A stretch of 63,994 nt of DNA from NCBI RefSeq assembly GCF_000143415.4, contig NW_003314335.1, forward strand, positions 870,661 to 934,654, given 5' to 3'. Both the position numbers and the translations under genes were made by a program. Below, piece by piece: positions 58,598-63,994 of the stretch (its first letter is position 1; the number at the start of each line of letters is the position of its first letter). The notes below the pieces were generated by a model, which saw nothing but the letters and a program-made list of their open reading frames with translations, searched no databases and was not told where the DNA came from. The DNA comes from Selaginella moellendorffii. Taxonomy: Eukaryota; Plantae; Lycopodiophyta.

Positions 58598-60118
58598 TCA
58601 CGCTGCTGGGACCTTCCATGACACTAAAGCACAAATGACAATGTCAAGGTGGCGATAGAACTGATGATGTATAGAGTACCTCTGAACCAAAGCCTCGTAC
58701 ACCTCCTTTGGAGTTGGGGAGACATTGTCGATAAGTATATGAGCTTGGCACACCCTTTCCCTGGCCACGGGCTCCCCCAACAGGGTGCTCTTGAGGTCAA
58801 AGTCACACATTCTTGCAAAAGCCGCATTCGACTTTGAGCTGAGACAGAAAGTGCAAGATCGTCAGATCAAGGAGATGGGCGACTGGCATAGTAAACATAG
58901 TTCCATTAGGAATGATGCGAAGCACGCGCAGCTCTTCTTCAGAAAGGTCCTCTTGAAATTCAGGAGGGACTGTGTCCGGTAATCTTCCGGATTCAGCAGT
59001 TTGACCTCCCTGCCCCTGGACACAAGTAAGCGAATTTACAAAGATAAGAAAGAGAAACGGGAGACTGTACGCTGTTGAATATAGCACTGCCCGCAGTTAA
59101 AAACCCCTGAACGACTTGTCTATGGGAGAAGGATTGCGAAGCATGTACCTGTAAGCAAGGAAAGCAAGACGAAGAAGGTAAGGATACAAGCAGAAAACTG
59201 AGTAGCTATACCAGAGTAGCTGGCTGCTGTCATGGAGCTTTTGTTTCTCAGTCACCGAAGCCTTTGCTGCTGCTTTGAGTTCAGCATCTGTAACATACAC
59301 AGAAGATAATGATAAACCAAAGCACGCCATACTTACAATTGAAGGAGCAGCCATAGAAAATATTCGCGTCTGCTTCTAGCAACATGAGCCGAGCATGCGC
59401 GACCGCGTCTTCAACTTTCTCCCGGTGTGTTAGGACGTCTGGAACAAGGCAAGGCACTAGCAAGTCCTCGATAAACGGTTCGGACTTGATGCTGCAGAGC
59501 AGCAGCTCCAGCTCTTGGTGGGTAGCTTGGTGATGACTGCCGTTCAACAATTTTAACTATATCATCCGAGAGGGCCTCGTAAACGGGTTGAGCTCGTTCA
59601 CCAAACCTTTCACTTGAAAGATCCATCTACATAAACTGGTAAGAGACACAAAACAGAAACAAAAGGAGGAAGGAAACACTCACCATTTTGCGCTGAGCAA
59701 AGCGATCAGACAGCAAAGCATCGCTGACAGCCATCCTTTGAGTCGCATCTTCTACAGAAACATGAATCAATTCAGCTCCACGATAAAACCACACAAACCT
59801 GTTACCTGAGTCCAGAAAACGTCGAGCGAGTTGAGGGCTGCATGGGTCCTGGAGAATCTGGCGAGCAGTCTGGAAAACCTCGTCGGAGATGAAATCTTGG
59901 AACAGATCCCAGTGCTGGTGGATGTAGAGCAAACCCAGCAAATGGGTCAAGTCTGGATCCTGAGCCACTGCATTGTACCTCGTGTTAACATATTGTTCCA
60001 CCAGCCTCTTCTCCTTGGCAAACCTCCTGAGCTTGTCATACTGACGCTCTACCTTGCTCAATTCCTTGATACCCTTCCGAAATATCCGATAACGCCGCCC
60101 GAGGTTTTCCATTGTCAC
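58598..60118 (-). pseudogene. Intron-containing orphan gene or pseudogene, no recognised domain; 3' end uncertain
   Basis: Chain of coding-like exons with GT-AG junctions (59627..60118, 59411..59626, 59281..59550, 58803..59087, 58598..58810), but with a frameshift near 59540 and stops near 59097 and 58803. Confidence 0.5.
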
Positions 60119-60179
60119 AAACCCTAGAAAGAAAGGTGGCGACCTTCACCATTTTTTCTTTACATAAACCCTAAGCCCC

Positions 60180-60970
60180 GGGACGAGGTGCATCAAACTT
60201 TTGGAGCATTCACAAGGCAACGATCGATGGCACTGTTCTTGGAGATGTGGTGATTGTTGTCTCGGACAAGCAAGGTTCTTGGTTTTTTTCCATTGCTAGA
60301 ATCCATAGCAATCCAGCTAGAGTTTAGTTATTCCCATTCCTTTGTCCTGGATTTAGATTGGCTCGAGAGCACGGGATTTCGCTGGCATATTTTCCAAGAG
60401 CAAAGTTTGCTCCTCATGGAGTCTCTCCAAACGAGCTCGTGGGAATTCTCAGGTTCGTTTCATGCTTTTCTTTTGCTAGAAGTGTTTATCTGTGATCGAT
60501 CTTTCGCAGGCATCAAAAAGTGGATTCCGTGCTGCTGGCCGGCTACTTAAAAGTTTATATCCAGAGAACTCGTGGAATTTGGAGGCAAAGGTTTCTATGG
60601 AATCAAAGTCCACGAGGCTGTCATTGCTTCCGGCGCTCGGTAACTTCTAGCTTTCATCGTTCTCTTGCCGCGAGATCTCTAAAATCTTGCAGCTTTTAAC
60701 AGTGTCTCTGGCCCAACGATCCATTTCGAAGTATGATCACGGGAGTATTCTTGCGCAACGAACAGTTCCTGTTCTAGAGACGGTCACGCCGCAAGACTTG
60801 GCAGCCGGAGTGTTGGAACAAGTACGTGGTTTGATCGCTCTTTAGTTCGATTGGTTTTTGGATGGGATTTGCTACCAACAGGAGCACCCGCTGTATGTGG
60901 ATGCCGCTGCGAAGAAAGGATTGAATGGAGTGGCGATGGAGTGCCTCGCATGCTCGAAAAAGAACTAGCA
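60180..60970 (+). pseudogene. purN: Phosphoribosylglycinamide (GAR) formyltransferase pseudogene
   Basis: GASNFWSIHKATIDGTVLGDVVIVVSDK; VDSVLLAGYLK; FGGKGFYGIKVHEAVIASGAR; SGPTIHF; YDHGSILAQRTVPVL; EHPLYVDA; CEERIEWSGDGVP. Introns are retained, there are frameshifts, and the catalytic ILNIHPSLLP segment is missing. Confidence 0.85.
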
Positions 60971-62311
60971 TGTATTTCGATCTTTCTATATGTTATCCAA
61001 CCATTTTTCATAACAAACATATTCATCTGCGGGCCAAATAGGAATTCGTGAAAGTTTCCCTCGCGACTACAGAAGAGCTCTCAACGAGGAGAAGGCCAAG
61101 AAAAGAGCGGCAGAGGAGGAGGAAGCGCGACTGGCCGCTGTGGATGCTTTCCAGGAACTGAAGAAAATGGCTGAAACGGAGGAGCAAGTAGAAAGATCTC
61201 CAGTGAGAACATTACCATCACTATTTAAATGGTGAAATAAAAAATTGGTGGTCAAAACCTGGCAGTGATGTTCACTGCAGAAGCTTTCCATCTTGCTAGG
61301 ATTACTTTACATTACAAGATATTTGTGAATGTCATGAATTAAACTTGAATATTCATGTGCATATTCCTCTCAGGTGCATATTACTTGTTCAAGCATAGTT
61401 AGAAACGAAAACTATGGATTATGTATTTGAGATTTGTGTGCGTGCCTTGAGTGTCTTGAGTGTTGCGAGATGCATCTGCGAAGAGCATCAAGCCAAAGGG
61501 AAGGCGGGAGAGTGCAAGAGATTTGGCCATTTTTTGGATACTAAAGATATGTGAAGACTATGTACAAAAGGAGTGACTAAACATTTCATGATGTATCTTG
61601 ACAATCTGATCGAATTCATAGCTTTGGAAAATTTGTAATGCTCGTTACTTTCTTCTCTCAAGAAAAATTGGCCATTGAATTTTATAAGCGCTAATGTTAA
61701 TATTTTAACTGATTGCCCAAATCTAATTTACGAATATGCTGCGAATATGCCTTATAAGAGTCAGGGTCTAGGGCAGGGAGTCGGCTAGGGCAGTGATGAA
61801 TTCGTGCTTTTCTTATGTCTGGACTTCTGAGAAGCTGTGATATTCTCTTTCGCGATTTCTGAGCTCGTTGGTTTCTCGCATCTCTACCAGCGCTGCTGTG
61901 CGTCAAGACAAATTGGGGGGAATTTCTTCTCCTCTCCGCTCTTGGCGTAGGGTTTTCAGCGGCGTTAAATCGTGATGCAAGACTCTTTTGCCGCAGATCT
62001 TACCGACCCATTTGATCTCTTGCCTCGCATCTGGTGTTTAATGATTCTGCGCCCATTTCTTTTTTTTCTTCCTTCCTTGGTGATGATCTTTCTACGCGAC
62101 GGGCGATCTGAACTGATGCCGTGTTGAATGTCGCGTTTGTTTGAAACTCTGAAAGGTCGAGCCCCGAGAGAGCAGATGATGATCCAGCAAATTTTATTCT
62201 ACACTCCGATTGGATCGTGAGGAAAGCTTTTTCACCTCTGACAAGCTGATGCTCTCCCCGGATTCTAAAAACCAAACTTTTGATAGATCACTGAATTGTA
62301 ACTGTCACTAG

Positions 62312-62630
62312 GCCACGTCAAAGCGAAACCGAAAACCTCTTGCTATCCCAATGGCTGCTTCTTGTTCTTGGTCTGCCTGGAAGCCATAGCCACACGCATG
62401 AGACAATGCAAGGCAGGCCGCGGCAGCAAAGAGATCTTCTCTACTTTGGGACGCCACCAACGCCGATCGCTCCCTCGCCCTCGATCGAGAGCTCGTACAA
62501 GGGAGGATCCTGGCAGGGGATCATCCTGGTTTTGCTCCTGCTCATCGTAGTCTTAGGAATAATCGGATGGAACACTCACAAGAAGAAGCAGAGGTTGCAG
62601 CAGTACGACCGGTTCCAGAATCCGTTCTAG
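62312..62630 (+). CDS. Small single-pass membrane protein (last exon; start not resolved)
   Basis: Pro/Ser-rich segment, TM helix GIILVLLLLIVVLGIIGW, basic stop-transfer HKKKQR, short tail ending NPF*. Confidence 0.5.
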
Positions 62631-62746
62631 CATTTGCTTTGTCCTGGAGCTTCTCTTTTTCTTGTTGCACTGGACAGTAGCACAGAGTTTTGGGCTCCTT
62701 GCGAGAAAAGAAGAACACCACTTACTTGCCTGTCGAGAGAATGGGC

Positions 62747-63795
62747 TTATAGTTTTTGAATGATCGTGTTGATGATCCGGTGGAAGTAGGACATGCGCTG
62801 CACGGCTTCTTTCGCAGCGTCGAGATCGCTTCTCTTCATTGCTTCCGCGAAAGTTTTCTGGTACTCGAGCATTCTCGAGTATGCCTGTGATCCAGAAAAT
62901 AAAAATGGATGTAAGCTTTAGAAAACCAACAATCTGACGTACTTTCTCTTTGAGTGCTTGGAGCTTGTTTGAGTCCGAGCAACTGCTGATAGTTTCTTGC
63001 ATTTCCATCACCTATCCATCAAAAGCATCGGTGTTGAGAAGGAAAAAAAACATTTCTAGATGTGATTACCTCCATCAGGATTTCTGGATCGGTGACAGTC
63101 CCTTCCTCTTCAACGTCTACCCCGAAAGTTTCCAGCTAGAGAAGAAACGAAAAACAAAGGCTTAGATTCGAGCTCGTCGTTCCATGGCTTTCCACTCACC
63201 AGATAAGTAGCTCGAGACAAAGGCTTCAAGAGGACCTGATACGCATTAATCACTTGAGAGGATTGATCGGCAGAGTATTCTTGCTCTTTCTAGAATGACA
63301 CCAGTGAAAGTATAAGGCATGGATCACCAAAAAGAATTTTTTCTTACCGAAGATTTCATGCTGTAGAGATCAGGATGAAGCTTCTTTTGCAGATTCTTGT
63401 ACCGCTTCTCGAGCTCTCCTGTATCGAGCTCGAATTCCTTCTTCCTGGAAAAATCACGTCAGCTCCAACGATGGATGGCCAAAGAAAAGCTCTTACAAGT
63501 CGAAAATATCGAAGAAATTCACCGATCGATTCGCCGGCTGGATGATCTTGCACGCCGGGCACAGCATGAACACCTCCGCCTGCGCGGCCGCCCCACACGA
63601 CCAGCATTGCCGCTGCTTACTCGTCCCAACCGAGGAGTAGCCGCGCCATAGCTCGAAAACTCTAGAACCGAAAGGCGCACCTCGATCGATCGAAATATCG
63701 CATGCCGGGGCGATCGCGCGCGTGGAGAACGAAGTGGAATCCCTCCATCGAGCGCCGCGCCTCCAGACCTGGCGGAGGATTCGTCGTCCCGCCAT
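62747..63795 (-). CDS. HSCB: Mitochondrial Fe-S cluster co-chaperone HscB/Jac1, about 6 exons
   Basis: Arg-rich presequence; CWSC..CPAC zinc motif; QP..NFFDIF; J-domain LEKRYKNLQKKLHPD; INAYQVLLKPLSRATYL; DPEILMEVMEMQE; VQRMSYFHRI; stop TAA at 62747. Confidence 0.92.
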
Positions 63796-63903
63796 AGCCA
63801 ATCTCAAACCGGTCACCGGTTCGACACCTCTCCCAAACACCTAGACGTCTACAAAAGGTATATAGTACGTGTCTTTGGAGCCCGTGGAGTTTGTTCGCCT
63901 GTC

Positions 63904-63994
63904 ATGGTAGGGTTCTTCAGCTACTTCACTGGAAAGCGCGGCCCTAGCGGCTTTGGATCATCCTCCACCGCGGAGGATGTCGCGCAAGGGATTT
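63904..63994 (+). CDS. 5' end of a TIC32-like short-chain dehydrogenase/reductase (runs off the window)
   Basis: MVGFFSYFTGKRGPSGFGSSSTAEDVAQGI matches the conserved GxSGFGSxSTAEEV N-terminus of plant TIC32-like SDRs. Confidence 0.8.
   Translation, partial: MVGFFSYFTGKRGPSGFGSSSTAEDVAQGI

Overview
Eukaryotic, intron-containing plant nuclear DNA. The very short (about 50-70 bp) introns, tiny intergenic spacers and abundant DYW-less PLS/SS-type PPR genes point to a lycophyte such as Selaginella (inference, not proven). Layout: decayed LTR debris and a 100-N gap (1-4.7 kb). A gene-dense block (4.9-38.5 kb) holds a COMT-like O-methyltransferase, five intact PPR genes, NC2beta/Dr1, a 12-kb VPS13S/SHRUBBY-like gene, an alpha/beta hydrolase, an unusual FIST_N + LON-N fusion gene and a secreted dirigent/AOC-barrel-like gene. 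A tRNA-Ala pseudogene follows. A transposon block (39-57.7 kb) contains an old tRNA-Ala-primed Gypsy element carrying a nested younger chromovirus and a 138-bp mini-LTR, a dead hAT, a 426-bp TRIM and an internally deleted copy of the old Gypsy. A final block has an orphan gene or pseudogene, a purN pseudogene, HscB and the start of a TIC32-like SDR. Most notable: (1) a probably organelle-targeted FIST/NosP-like sensor domain fused to a Lon substrate-binding domain; (2) the nested chromovirus, whose PBS is complementary to its own predicted transcript start (Tf1-type self-priming), with a G-GGA-AAC -1 frameshift plus hairpin and nine stops all explicable by C-to-T; (3) the non-canonical secreted dirigent-like protein. 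All family assignments are from recalled motifs; no database searches were run.
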